Assembly (NCBI GenBank): GCA_003141245.1
Contig: PLLE01000038.1
Coordinates: forward strand, 3,541 to 67,540
DNA from: Chloroflexota bacterium
GTDB taxonomy: Bacteria > Chloroflexota > Limnocylindria > Limnocylindrales > CSP1-4
Direction: 5' to 3'
DNA: 64,000 bases
Shown: positions 1-10,060 of the stretch, piece after piece
Layout: every line of letters begins with the position of its first letter
Numbering within the stretch: position 1 is the stretch's first letter
The notes under the pieces: model-generated
Seen by the model: only the letters and a program-made list of their open reading frames with translations
Told to the model about the DNA's origin: nothing
Databases searched by the model: none
Position numbers and translations under genes: made by a program

Positions 1-426
1 CAGCGTGGCTTCGTGGCGACCTACTTCGTCATCGCCGGCCGGATCGACCGCCCGGGCTTCCCTACGTCCGCTCACCTCCAGGCGCTGGTGGCCGCAGGTG
101 ACGAGATCGGCGATCACACCATGGACCACGTCAGGCTGCCCAGACAGGGAGCCGCGAAACTGACGTACGAGATAGATGCGGCCGCCGCTCGGATCGCCCA
201 GGTCACGGGCTACTGGCCCGAGTCTTTGGCCTATCCAGACGGCGTCATGGACAGCCGGGTTGCCGCCGCCGCCGCCGCGTGCCAGGAGCTGCGGATTGCG
301 GTGATCGAAGAGCCCGTGGCTCTCGAGACGTGGACAAATCGCTTCGCAGTCCCGCGAATCCACGTCGGGCCGTCCACGACGCCCGCAAGGCTGGTGGCCG
401 AGCTGGGTCTCCTGGGAGCGGGCTGA
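1..426 (+). CDS. polysaccharide deacetylase (NodB-homology) family protein, C-terminal part; 5' end lies outside the window
   Basis: The frame is open from base 1. The translation has GDHTMDH and LAYPDG motifs typical of NodB-type deacetylases. Stop at 424-426. Confidence 0.55.
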   Translation, partial: QRGFVATYFVIAGRIDRPGFPTSAHLQALVAAGDEIGDHTMDHVRLPRQGAAKLTYEIDAAAARIAQVTGYWPESLAYPDGVMDSRVAAAAAACQELRIAVIEEPVALETWTNRFAVPRIHVGPSTTPARLVAELGLLGAG

Positions 427-572
427 CCCCACACCCACCGCCGCGGTGTGGCCGGTCGGGAAGATCGTGTGCCCCCGAGTCACCGGTCCACCACCGGACC
501 CGAAGGAGCAGCGCAGCGAGCGCATGAAAGTGATCCCAACGAGCCGTCAAGGCGTCGGAGGCCAACACGGGC

Positions 573-675
573 GCTCCGGTATGCCTCAGACCGTCCCCAA
601 AGAGCTAGCTTCACGCCGAGAAGATGGGGTGGCCTACGGGGGTCGAACCCGTAACCTTCGAATCCACAGTCCGAT
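573..675. repeat. distal att-like repeat: copy of the 3' 51 nt of tRNA-His plus 52 bp of downstream flank
   Basis: Aligns base for base with 5112-5214 (99/103 identical). One mismatch disrupts the anticodon stem, so this copy is not a functional tRNA. Confidence 0.85.
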
Positions 676-821
676 CGAGTACGTCCGTGGGGGTCTACCA
701 GGGTCCGCTGTGTGTTCTATTTCACGAGGGAACGGCGTTGTAGATGTGCCCTGCCGTCCGGTGACGTCCGGGGCTGTCCGCAGGCGATCTGCTGCCAGAT
801 CTGCTGCCAAACGGCTAACAG

Positions 822-1115
822 CTAGACCCCGATCGCCTCGGCTACGTCGCGCCAGGCGTGATCCTCCTGGCCCTCCAGCCGGCGCAGGTACACGGTCGTT
901 ACGGCGAGGCTGGAGTGGTCCAGGAAGGCGCTGACGTCCTCGATCGACTCCCCGGCGTCTCGCCGCAGCTTGGCCGCCGTGTGACGCAAGACGTGGATGC
1001 CGGTCGGCGCCATGCCAGCCGCCCTCAGGTAACGCCGGAAGCGGGCGTAGAACGTGCCGCTCGTGACCCCCTCCGGTCGTGCGGCCGCCTGCCAGAGCGA
1101 CTCTGCTGGACCCAT
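822..1115 (-). pseudogene. tyrosine recombinase (phage integrase family), C-terminal catalytic remnant only
   Basis: The 97-aa ORF has HVLRHTAAK (HxxR box) and LDHSSLAVTTVYL (catalytic Tyr box). An in-frame stop lies at 1137-1139 just upstream, and no N-terminal or core-binding domain is present in any frame. Confidence 0.7.
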
Positions 1116-1378
1116 CGCGGCAAGCTCCTTGCGGCGTCACCGAGGCTCGTGCAGTTGCAGAGCCGTCGTTAGCCGCGGATAAGCGGCGCGCTACCGCGCG
1201 CGCCGAACGACCGCGAAGGCGCCCTGTGGAGCCGCGGCGCCGCCGAAGCAGGCACGCGCGCTACGCGGACAAATCCCCGATACAGGCGACGGCGTAGGAT
1301 GGGTGCTGCTTCAGGATTTGGCCGGGGGGCGATTTGGGGTCGGCACGGGGCGACTGTCCCCGAGAGGAGGGCGCGAAA

Positions 1379-2197
1379 GTGAGCGATTACGCAGGGTTCG
1401 ATCCGGCCGCGAGTCGGAACTCACGCCCCGGCGTGGCGGCGCGGAGGGCAGTCGGCCTCGGGCTTTGTCTGGTCCTGTTCGCGGGCCTGACCGCGGCGTG
1501 CGGCGGGAGCAAGTCGAGCGGAGCCAGTGCCTCGAGCGAGCAGAGCTCCCAGTCGACCGGGCAGAGCGCCCAGACCAGCGCCCAGACCAGCGCCGAAACC
1601 AGCGCCAGCGCCGAAACCAGCGCCAGCGCCGAAACCAGCGCCAGCGCCGAAACCAGCTCCAGCGGGGCAGCCTCCGCCGCGGCATCCGTGAGCCTTGACC
1701 CGACGCTATACCAGGCCGACGGCGGCGGCTTCGGAGTCAACGGCTCGATCGAGGACTACGGCTATACGGATCGCTACACCAAAGGCACCGACGGGCTCGA
1801 CCACATGGGAGAGGCCTACGCCTTGATAGTCCAGGCTTTGCCCGCGGCCGTCGATCTGAACCAGACTCAGGCCGAGGAGCCGGGCTCGATCTCGGAAAAC
1901 GTCTACATCCAGTGGAACCCGATGGGTCGCCACCAAACCGCCCTCCCGCCTGGCAACCACGGCGAGCGCCTGTACGAAGTCGACATCGACCTTGGGCCGT
2001 ATCTGCAGGGCGGCGACGCGCTGGCGTACGTCTGGTTCATCACCAAGGCCGAGGCTGACGCGCTCGATCCGCATGACATGACGGCGACGCCCAGCCCCTA
2101 TCCGACCAAGGCCTACGAATTCCAGATCGACAAGACGACGGCCGCCGCGCTGCTGGACATGTTCTGGGTCAAGGGCGCGGCGCCGACCGCCAGCTAG
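1379..2197 (+). CDS. putative lipoprotein with a Ser/Ala/Glu/Thr low-complexity repeat
   Basis: GTG at 1379 lies 9 nt after GAGAGGAGGG. The signal peptide ends in the lipobox LTAAC. An 18-bp coding tandem repeat (gaaaccagcgccagcgcc, 3 copies) spans 1595-1648. Confidence 0.6.
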   Translation: MSDYAGFDPAASRNSRPGVAARRAVGLGLCLVLFAGLTAACGGSKSSGASASSEQSSQSTGQSAQTSAQTSAETSASAETSASAETSASAETSSSGAASAAASVSLDPTLYQADGGGFGVNGSIEDYGYTDRYTKGTDGLDHMGEAYALIVQALPAAVDLNQTQAEEPGSISENVYIQWNPMGRHQTALPPGNHGERLYEVDIDLGPYLQGGDALAYVWFITKAEADALDPHDMTATPSPYPTKAYEFQIDKTTAAALLDMFWVKGAAPTAS

Positions 2198-2425
2198 AAG
2201 AGCGCATCCTCGACGAGCCCGGCGCGACGCCGAGAGCCCCGAGCGCCGCACGCCTCGGCGCCGCGGCACCAGCTCGACTCAGTCGGTGTTTTCGGTTGGG
2301 CGGTCGTAGAACTCGACGTAGGCGTCCGGCGAGTCGCTGTCACGGACTGCGATGGCCATTCGCGGGTGGATGTTGAGCTGGCCGGTGAGCATGTAGGACC
2401 ACCCAGAGTTGACGCATCGGCCAGG

Positions 2426-2854
2426 CTAAGGTTGCCCGCTCAGCTCCATACCAGGCCCGTCGTCCGGGCGTGCGACGAAGCCCAGGCGCTCATAGAAGTC
2501 ACGCTTGCCGCGAGCACTGAAGAGCTGGACCTGGAGGACGTCCGCTTCCCGGCACCGGGCGACCAGTCGCCTCATGATCTCCGTTCCAATGCCGTGGCCG
2601 CGCATCTCCGGCATCACAATCACGTCCACGATCAGGGCGTGCAGGACCCCGTCGGAAAGCACGATGCCGGTGCCTACGAGCTGGCCGCTGCGACGTGCGC
2701 AGACCGCGTACCAGGCGTGGGGTAGCGTCGCCGCCAGCCGATCGGCAGCCACCTCCAAGGCCTCGGTCCAGCCGCTCGACCGAAATAGGCGCTCGAACTC
2801 CTCAGGCGTCGGCAGCTCGGACCTGTATTCGATCGCGAGGTCATCCAGGCTCAT
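2426..2854 (-). CDS. GNAT family N-acetyltransferase
   Basis: 142 aa. The motif-A-like segment MPEMRGHGIGTEIMRRL and the C-terminal FYERLGF are typical of GNAT. Confidence 0.75.
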   Translation of the reverse strand: MSLDDLAIEYRSELPTPEEFERLFRSSGWTEALEVAADRLAATLPHAWYAVCARRSGQLVGTGIVLSDGVLHALIVDVIVMPEMRGHGIGTEIMRRLVARCREADVLQVQLFSARGKRDFYERLGFVARPDDGPGMELSGQP

Positions 2855-3019
2855 CGGGGTCGCCCTTCCAATTCAATCGAGCCGGCCGCCAGCCGATCGT
2901 CTATCCGCTGTTGCCTGGCCTGCGATTGGGCGATTCTAGCCGCCGCGCAGAGCGCCGAGGATGAGCAGCCCGTCCCTATTCAGCCATCGTGGGCGTCCGA
3001 GGCGTCTCGGGTCTGAAGA

Positions 3020-3958
3020 TCAGACGCGTTCGAGACTGGGCTTTACCTCAGTCATGAGCCTCGTCATCGTTTCCTCGTCGTAAGGGGAAGGGAAGCCGGC
3101 GACAAGGTGCCGGTAGCCGATCTCGAGGTAGGGGGCCAGCTTCTCGGCCACGTCCTCGGGAGTCCCGACCGGCTGGTCCTGCCAGACCCGTGCCTGGCCG
3201 TTGTGCTCGAAGAGTGAGCGGAATACCCGTTCTGCCTCCTCGCGCGAGTCGCGGATAACTGGCACGCCAATGCCGGTGGTGCGCTCGATCTCGCGTTCGT
3301 CACGTCCGACGTCGGTGCAATGTTGCTTGAGCACCGCATCCTTGAGCCGGACGTTGGCGATGCCACCGCCGATGTTGCACGCGTCCGCATACTTCGCGAC
3401 GAGCTTGAGGGTCACCTTCTCGCCGTCGCCACCGACCAGGATCGGCAGCGCGGGCTGGAGCGGTGGCGGGTCGTTCCGGACCTGCTTGGCGTGGTAGTGC
3501 TCGCCGAGCGCGGTCGGCGCCTCGCCGCGCAACATGCCGCGTATGACCGGCAAGGCCTCTCCGAGCCATCGCAGGCGCTCCGGGAAGCCGCTCCCGAACG
3601 GCAACCCAAACGCGGCGTGTTCAGTCTCGAACCAAGCCGCGCCGATCCCAAGGATGGCTCGGCCGTTGCTGATGTGGTCGAGCGTGGTTGCCATCTTCGC
3701 AACGAGGGCTGGCTCACGGAAGGTGTTGGCGCCGACCATGAGACCGATCCGGACGTGCTGCGTGGCCATCGCCCACGCGGTGATCGTGAGCCAAGCCTCG
3801 AAGATCGGGCCGTCGGCCGACCCGACGATGGGATAGACGTGGTCCCACGTCCACAGGGTGTCGTAGCCGAGCCGGTCAGCCCGAATGCCCGCTTCCTGGA
3901 GAGAAGGCCAGTCGGTGTACTGGTTCCAACAGAGCGCACCAAGTCTGATTTCGTTCAT
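3020..3958 (-). CDS. LLM-class (luciferase-like) F420-dependent oxidoreductase
   Basis: 312 aa. GYDTLWTWDHV, GLMVGANTFREPAL and AAFGLPFG resemble the LLM/F420 family. Confidence 0.7.
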   Translation of the reverse strand: MNEIRLGALCWNQYTDWPSLQEAGIRADRLGYDTLWTWDHVYPIVGSADGPIFEAWLTITAWAMATQHVRIGLMVGANTFREPALVAKMATTLDHISNGRAILGIGAAWFETEHAAFGLPFGSGFPERLRWLGEALPVIRGMLRGEAPTALGEHYHAKQVRNDPPPLQPALPILVGGDGEKVTLKLVAKYADACNIGGGIANVRLKDAVLKQHCTDVGRDEREIERTTGIGVPVIRDSREEAERVFRSLFEHNGQARVWQDQPVGTPEDVAEKLAPYLEIGYRHLVAGFPSPYDEETMTRLMTEVKPSLERV

Positions 3959-4203
3959 GTAACGGAGTCTACCGCGCCGCTGTGGGTGCCCCGGCCGCGG
4001 TCGTCGGTGGTCGCGCCAGTGACGATGGAGTCATCGTGTCGGCTCGGAAGGCGCCTGCGCTGCGCCCCGGCGCCGGCCACACTTGGCGCGCGTGCCCTCG
4101 TGGCGCCGCCGCGCCCAGGCCCGGAGCCGCGTCTAGGCATCTGGGTACGCCTGGTCTGATCGTGCCGATCGGCGACTTGCAGTCGGGCCGATAGCGAGCG
4201 TGT

Positions 4204-4470
4204 ATGGGAGCCACCAGCACGAAGGACGCAGACATGGCCACCCGCACCGCCCTCGAGGCCTACATGGTGGATCGCGCTGCGGCCCTCGCGCTGATCGAGC
4301 GCATCCACGAGGCCATCGAGAACCACGACGACGCCCCGGCGCCCAACGAGCCCTTCCACTGGGGCCACGCGGGCTCCATGGCCCAGACGCGCTCCGACCT
4401 CCAGGGCATCAGCGATCGCCTCTTCGCCGAGGGCGAGTACGCCCCGGCCGAGACCCCCGAAGCCAACTAG
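4204..4470 (+). CDS. hypothetical small protein (islet cargo)
   Basis: 88-aa ORF with coding-like third-position GC. No family recognised. The start could instead be the ATG at 4234. Confidence 0.4.
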   Translation: MGATSTKDADMATRTALEAYMVDRAAALALIERIHEAIENHDDAPAPNEPFHWGHAGSMAQTRSDLQGISDRLFAEGEYAPAETPEAN

Positions 4471-4481
4471 GGGCCTTCACC

Positions 4482-4739
4482 ATGACGACCAGGATCGCCA
4501 CCGAGAGGGCCGAAGGGCTGCGAGATGAGCTTGAGGAGGTGCGCGAGACGTGGCGCGAGTGGACCGATCGTTGGGGGGAGTTCCAGACGCGCCTTCGCTA
4601 CTCCGGCTACAACACCTTCAGGCTCGACGCATATCAAATGGGCAACGGGTCCGACGCGAGCGGTTGTCAGTCCCCCGAGGGGTGGCTCAGCGAGATCGAG
4701 TCCGACCTGATGGGCGAACCCGAGAGCGACGAGGAATAG
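4482..4739 (+). CDS. hypothetical small acidic protein (islet cargo)
   Basis: The ATG at 4482 follows the previous stop by 11 nt. 85 aa. It ends at TAG 4737-4739, and the same frame continues directly into an HTH domain. Confidence 0.4.
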   Translation: MTTRIATERAEGLRDELEEVRETWREWTDRWGEFQTRLRYSGYNTFRLDAYQMGNGSDASGCQSPEGWLSEIESDLMGEPESDEE

Positions 4740-4979
4740 GCCATCCTCACCCTCACCGAGGCTGCCAGCCAGCTCGGGATCTCCACCTCGACCCTTCGCC
4801 ACCAGGTCCAGCTCGGCCGGACGAAGGCCCGTCTCTTCGGCAAGACCTACATCGTCAGCACGCGCAGGAGCTGGAGCGATACAGAGCCACGTCCCCGGGT
4901 CGGCCAGGTCGTCCTAGCCATCGAGCCCCTCCGCGACCTGCCCGCTCAACCTCCCGCCGGCGGCCAGCCTCCCGGCTGA
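4740..4979 (+). pseudogene. excisionase/MerR-like helix-turn-helix DNA-binding gene remnant
   Basis: The translation LTLTEAASQLGISTSTLRHQVQLGR...GKTYIVS is HTH_17-like. There is no ATG/GTG/TTG start in frame. The expected C-terminus (AQELERYRATSPGRPGRP) appears in another frame from about 4860, implying a frameshift. Confidence 0.45.
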
Positions 4980-5111
4980 CCCCCGCAAGGTAGCGCCCGC
5001 AGACTTACCGCGGAGGGTCGGGGCGGCCGTGGCTCAGCAGAAGCGAGAGCCGGCGTTGGTACCGCGACCAGGCGCGGCGCGTGCCACTCGAGTACCGGTG
5101 CGTTCCTGGCT

Positions 5112-5214
5112 GCTCCGGTATGCCTCAGACCGTCCCCAAAGAGCCAGCTTCACGCTGAGAAGTTGGGGTGGCCTACGGGGGTCGAACCCGTAACCTTCGG
5201 ATCCACAGTCCGAT
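5112..5214. repeat. proximal att-like repeat overlapping the 3' half of tRNA-His
   Basis: See 573-675. Confidence 0.85.
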
Positions 5215-5240
5215 GCTCTGCCGGTTGAGCTAAGGCCACC
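5164..5240 (-). tRNA. tRNA-His (anticodon GUG), with G-1 and encoded CCA
   Basis: The reverse complement is GGTGGCCTTAGCTCAACCGGCAGAGCATCGGACTGTGGATCCGAAGGTTACGGGTTCGACCCCCGTAGGCCACCCCA. It folds as a cloverleaf with 7-bp acceptor stem, D arm GCTC/GAGC, anticodon loop CTGTGGA and T arm ACGGG/CCCGT. The extra 5' G is typical of tRNA-His. Confidence 0.9.
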
Positions 5241-5530
5241 GTCGCGGACCCCAGCGGGCTCGGCGGGCTGGCCGCACGTGCCACCGCGATGGGGCGACGG
5301 GGAGTATAGCCGTTGCGCGGCCGCGGGGCCGAAGGTGTGTCGAAAGTGCCGGTCACGGCAGCGTTGTAGCGCTTGAACCATCCTTTCGCGTAGGTGCCAC
5401 CCGTACTCGTTCGCACGCGGTCCTGGTACCACCCGACCCCGGTCGGCCGGACCATCGGGAGTGGGCCGCGGCGGGCTTCCCCGCTCATCCTTAGGCCGAC
5501 ACAAGCTAGCTGGGAAATGATCGTCACACG

Positions 5531-6430
5531 ATGCCAGGCACAGACGCTTTCCGACCCGTTGCCGCAATCACCTCGATGCGCAGGCTTTGCATCGCGGGTG
5601 TGGCACTGACGCTCGCGATCCTGACGCTCGTCTCGACAGTGGGCCCAGCGTTCGCCTGGACCTCCTCCTCCTTCAGCTCCGCCGACGAGAAGCTCCTCTT
5701 CACCCTGACCAACCAGGACCGCGCCTCCGCCGGCCTGAATGCTCTGGTCAACGACTCCTACCTCCACAAGGAGGCCGAGTGGCGCGCCAAGGACATGGGT
5801 GACCGAGACTACTTCTCGCACGAGATTCCACCGGCCAACAAGATGGTCTTCAGCTACATGCAGCAGGACGGGTACTGCTTCAAAGTCGCGGGTGAGAACA
5901 TCGGTCTGAGCACGTATGGCGACGACGCCACGACTCGCATCGAGGCGGCGTTCATGGGTTCGGCGGGCCACCGGGCGAACATCCTGGGCGCCTGGCAGCG
6001 CTTGGGCGTCGGAGCGTACGAGGCGGCCGACGGTAGGAAGCTGTACGCGGTCCTCTTCTCGATGCCGTGTGGCGCCACGTCCACACCCAAGCCGACCGTG
6101 AAGCCGACGCCGAAGCCGACCGTGAAGCCGACGCCGAACCCGACACCCAAGCCGACTGCACAGCCGAGCGCCACGCCGACCGAGACGCCGAACCCGACTG
6201 CACAGCCGAGCGCCACGCCGACCGAGCCGAGCGCCACGCCGACCAACTTCTTCACGGGTCCCACACCGGTGCCGAGCCTGACAGCCGGACCGACCAGCTC
6301 CCCGAGTTACTCCGGTGAATCGACATCGCCTGGCGACGGCTCGATCAGCCTGCGCGTTCGAGACAAGGGGCCCTCGCAGGGCCTGCTCGACTCGCTCTTC
6401 CACCTGCTCTTCGGCGGCCTCTTCGGGTAG
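5531..6430 (+). CDS. secreted CAP/SCP (YkwD-like) domain protein with a C-terminal Pro/Thr-rich repeat
   Basis: NQDRASAGL...YFSHE...GENIG...GHRANIL motifs match the CAP superfamily. A signal peptide begins at the internal ATG 5576, which is an alternative start. The PT repeat spans about 6085-6240. Confidence 0.7.
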   Translation: MPGTDAFRPVAAITSMRRLCIAGVALTLAILTLVSTVGPAFAWTSSSFSSADEKLLFTLTNQDRASAGLNALVNDSYLHKEAEWRAKDMGDRDYFSHEIPPANKMVFSYMQQDGYCFKVAGENIGLSTYGDDATTRIEAAFMGSAGHRANILGAWQRLGVGAYEAADGRKLYAVLFSMPCGATSTPKPTVKPTPKPTVKPTPNPTPKPTAQPSATPTETPNPTAQPSATPTEPSATPTNFFTGPTPVPSLTAGPTSSPSYSGESTSPGDGSISLRVRDKGPSQGLLDSLFHLLFGGLFG

Positions 6431-6459
6431 CTGCGGGTCGACTCCGCCGCCGCGGCTGG

Positions 6460-6510
6460 GCGCCGCGCCACATCGACAGCGCCGCGCCACATCGACAGCG
6501 CCGCGCCACG
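6460..6510. repeat. intergenic 19-bp tandem repeat (about 2.7 copies)
   Basis: gcgccgcgccacatcgaca occurs at 6460-6478 and 6479-6497, with a partial third copy to 6510. It lies between the CAP gene and the ABC ATPase gene. Confidence 0.8.
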
Positions 6511-6538
6511 TCCGGGTCCGACCGACTACACTTCGGCC

Positions 6539-7366
<828 letters not shown>

Positions 7367-7369
7367 CCC

Positions 7370-9937
7370 GTGCGACGCCTCTCGTCGCTGGCCTGGCGCA
7401 GCCTCATGGCGCGGCGGCTACGCAGCGCTCTGACTATCGCCGGCGTGGCCCTGGGTGTGGCCGTGCTCTTCGCCTCGCTCTCCGCCGGATCGACGATGGA
7501 CGCCGCCGTGGACCGGGCCGCCACCGACGAGATGGGTCACGCGGCGCTGCGGGTCCAGGCTCTCGAGGAGCGCGGCCTGAGCCAGGAGGCCCTGAGCGTC
7601 GTCAAGCGTGCCGCCGGCGTGGAGGTGGCAGCGCCGGCCCTGGAGCGCAAGACTTACCTGGCCGCCAGCCCGAACCAGACTCCTTCGTCGACGTTGCCAG
7701 CGCCGGTCACCGTGTTGGGGATCGATCCCGTGGCGGAGCCGCTGCTGCACGACATGCCGCTCTCCGGCGGGCGGCTGCTGATCGCCACCGACGCGCAGGA
7801 TGCCCTGATCACGCAGACGATGGCGAGCCAGGAGCGCCTGCGACTCGGGGACACGGTCACCGTGAGCGGCGCCAGCTCGGGGCCGCAGGCGTTCACGATC
7901 GTCGGCATCGTCGCCGGCGACGGCTCGTTGCCCGACGCGGCCGGCCGACTGGTCATCGTTCCGCTGGCCTCGGCCCAGGCGCTCTTCGACTCGACCGGCG
8001 TGACGCGCGTAGACCTGGGCACTCCCCCGGGGGTCTCGGCGGACGAGCTGATCAGCCAGCTCGAGGTCATGATCACAACCGAGCCGTACCTGCTCCAGAA
8101 GACCTCCGACACGGCCGATTCGCTCCGGGCGGAGACGGCCGACTTCCGCGGCACACTGCTGCTGGTTGCGGCCGTGGTGCTCTTTGCCGGCGCCTTCCTG
8201 GTCTTCAACACTCTCTCGATGACGGTGGCCGAGCGGATGCGCGAGGTCGGCCTGCTTCGCGCCGCCGGGACCACCCGCCCCCAGGTCATGAGCTTCGTCC
8301 TGCTGCAGGCGCTCGTTCTCGGGGCGGTGGGCTCGGTCGTGGGGGTGGCCGCCGGCATCGGCCTGGCCGTGCTGACGCTCTTGTGGGTCGGCTCCACGGG
8401 TCCCGTCGCGTTGAACGGGCCGGAGATCTCCCTGGGCCCCGTGCTCCTGGCGATGATCATCGGAGTGGTGGTCACGCTGGCGGCGTCTCTGGAGCCGGCC
8501 TGGCGAGCCGGTCGCATCTCGCCGGTCGAAGCGCTACGTCGCGGCCCCGCGGGAGCCGTCGCCGGCGCTCGGCTGCGCTGGCTGGCGCTCGTCTTCGGTG
8601 TTCTAGCACTGGCGGCGCTCGCCGTCTGGCCGAAGAGTTCCGCCTCGGCCGCCGAGGCCAGAGGCTCCGGTGGCCTGACCGTCGACTCGGCGATGTGGGG
8701 CCCGCTCGTCTTGTACGGCCTGCTGCTGGCCGCGGTCTTGATCGTGCCTCGAGTCCTGCGGCCACTGCTCCGGCTTGTCGGAATCCCGTTCCGCGTCTTC
8801 CGCAACGAGGAGCGCCTGGCACGCAGCTCGTTGGCCCGCGACACCAGCCGCACGGCCCTCACCGCCGGCGCGCTCGTCATCGGATTAGCGATGGTCGTGG
8901 CCCTGGGCACGGCCGTCCAGAACGTTCGCCAGATCGGCGCTACCTGGCTGACCGAGACGATCCCCGGCAGCGAGCTTCTCACCTCGATCCGGCCCATCTC
9001 CGCTACGGATCCGATCCGCGACCAGATCGCCGTCCTCCCCGGCGTGAAGTCGGTCTCGCCGATAGGACTCTTCGGTGTGCCCCTCGCCGGCCTGCGCCAG
9101 CAGGCGGCCGCGATCGTGGGCAAGGACTTCGCCGACGACGGGCGGCTGACTTTCGTGGCCGACGGCGGGGACCGTGCCGCCGCTCTTGCGGCATTGGATG
9201 CCGGCGGGGCCGTCATAGTCCCGCAGTCGCTGGCAAACGAGTCTGCCATTCGCTTGGGCGACACGCTCACTTTCACCACCGGCGAGACACCGACCCGCCT
9301 GCGCGTGGTTGGGATCGTGGCGCACTCCATTCCGGGCGATGCCCAGGAGTCGATCCTTGTCGGCTGGTCCGACGCGCTGGGTCCGTTCGGGGCCTCGGGG
9401 GCCGACTTCTTCGCCGTCCGCTATGAAGCCGGCCAGGAGTCGAGCGCGCGCGCCGCAGTCGATGCGACGGCCTCGCAGTACGCCCTCGAGCCTGCGGACT
9501 TGGGTCGCGTCCGGGGAACGGTGGGCGATGCCCTCGATCGAGTCTTCAGGCTGCTCGACGCCCTCGCCCTGACGGCAGTCCTCGTCGCGGGTCTCGGCAT
9601 GGTGAACACGCTCTCAATGAGCGTCTTCGAACGAGCCCGCGAGATCGGCGTGCTGCGGGCCGCGGGCATGTCGAGCCGTCAGGTCTGGGGCATGGTCGTG
9701 ATCGAAGCCGGCGTCTTGGGGATTGCCGGCTCGCTGATGGGAGCCGTCGTCGGCCTCCTCGTGGGCGGTTCGCTGGTCGCTTGGTCGATCGGAAGCCTCG
9801 CTCTCGCCTTCGACCCGCCCTGGACTTCGATCGCTCTGGCGGTCCTGGCCGGCGTCCTCATCAGTGTCACGGCGTCGATCTATCCGGCCGGAATCGCAAG
9901 CCGCCAATCGATCGTACGGGCGCTGCAGCACGAGTAG
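7370..9937 (+). CDS. ABC transporter permease with duplicated FtsX-like domains (MacB-type)
   Basis: 855 aa, starting 3 nt after the ATPase stop. Two FtsX-like blocks are present (ERMREVGLLRAAGTT and ERAREIGVLRAAGMS), each followed by TM helices. Confidence 0.85.
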   Translation: MRRLSSLAWRSLMARRLRSALTIAGVALGVAVLFASLSAGSTMDAAVDRAATDEMGHAALRVQALEERGLSQEALSVVKRAAGVEVAAPALERKTYLAASPNQTPSSTLPAPVTVLGIDPVAEPLLHDMPLSGGRLLIATDAQDALITQTMASQERLRLGDTVTVSGASSGPQAFTIVGIVAGDGSLPDAAGRLVIVPLASAQALFDSTGVTRVDLGTPPGVSADELISQLEVMITTEPYLLQKTSDTADSLRAETADFRGTLLLVAAVVLFAGAFLVFNTLSMTVAERMREVGLLRAAGTTRPQVMSFVLLQALVLGAVGSVVGVAAGIGLAVLTLLWVGSTGPVALNGPEISLGPVLLAMIIGVVVTLAASLEPAWRAGRISPVEALRRGPAGAVAGARLRWLALVFGVLALAALAVWPKSSASAAEARGSGGLTVDSAMWGPLVLYGLLLAAVLIVPRVLRPLLRLVGIPFRVFRNEERLARSSLARDTSRTALTAGALVIGLAMVVALGTAVQNVRQIGATWLTETIPGSELLTSIRPISATDPIRDQIAVLPGVKSVSPIGLFGVPLAGLRQQAAAIVGKDFADDGRLTFVADGGDRAAALAALDAGGAVIVPQSLANESAIRLGDTLTFTTGETPTRLRVVGIVAHSIPGDAQESILVGWSDALGPFGASGADFFAVRYEAGQESSARAAVDATASQYALEPADLGRVRGTVGDALDRVFRLLDALALTAVLVAGLGMVNTLSMSVFERAREIGVLRAAGMSSRQVWGMVVIEAGVLGIAGSLMGAVVGLLVGGSLVAWSIGSLALAFDPPWTSIALAVLAGVLISVTASIYPAGIASRQSIVRALQHE

Positions 9938-10060
9938 CGGGCGCCGGTCGGCAACCCTGCGGCGTGTCGTCCGGTTGTTTCGTTTGCTACACTCGGCTTC
10001 GCGGACCAGGAGGATGGGTCCGGAATATGGCCGCGTTGCCACCACAGGACGACCTCACCC

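Larger units (their letters stand above)
573..5214. mobile_element. degenerate integrated islet at the 3' end of tRNA-His (att-like direct repeats, integrase remnant, broken HTH gene, cargo genes)
   Basis: 103-bp direct repeats at 573-675 and 5112-5214 (4 mismatches by manual alignment). The right copy is part of the intact tRNA-His. There is an integrase C-terminal fragment at 822-1115 and an excisionase-like HTH without a start codon at 4740-4979. Confidence 0.6.

Noticed and set aside
2279-2425. Short minus-strand ORF (…GWSYMLTGQLNIHPRMAIAVRDSDSPDAYVEFYDRPTENTD) downstream of the GNAT gene
   Set aside because: It is under 50 codons and bounded by an upstream in-frame stop, with no family recognised. 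It may be a gene fragment within the islet but cannot be supported.
5241-5500. Minus-strand reading frame with high third-position GC (MSGEARRGPLPMVRPTGVGWYQDR...) just upstream of tRNA-His
   Set aside because: It has no stop before entering the tRNA gene and no recognisable family. It is at most a relic of a disrupted gene. The evidence is insufficient to call a feature.
9938-10060. Searched for a biotin-regulatory operator (BirA or BioQ-type palindrome) upstream of bioY
   Set aside because: No convincing inverted repeat was seen by eye.
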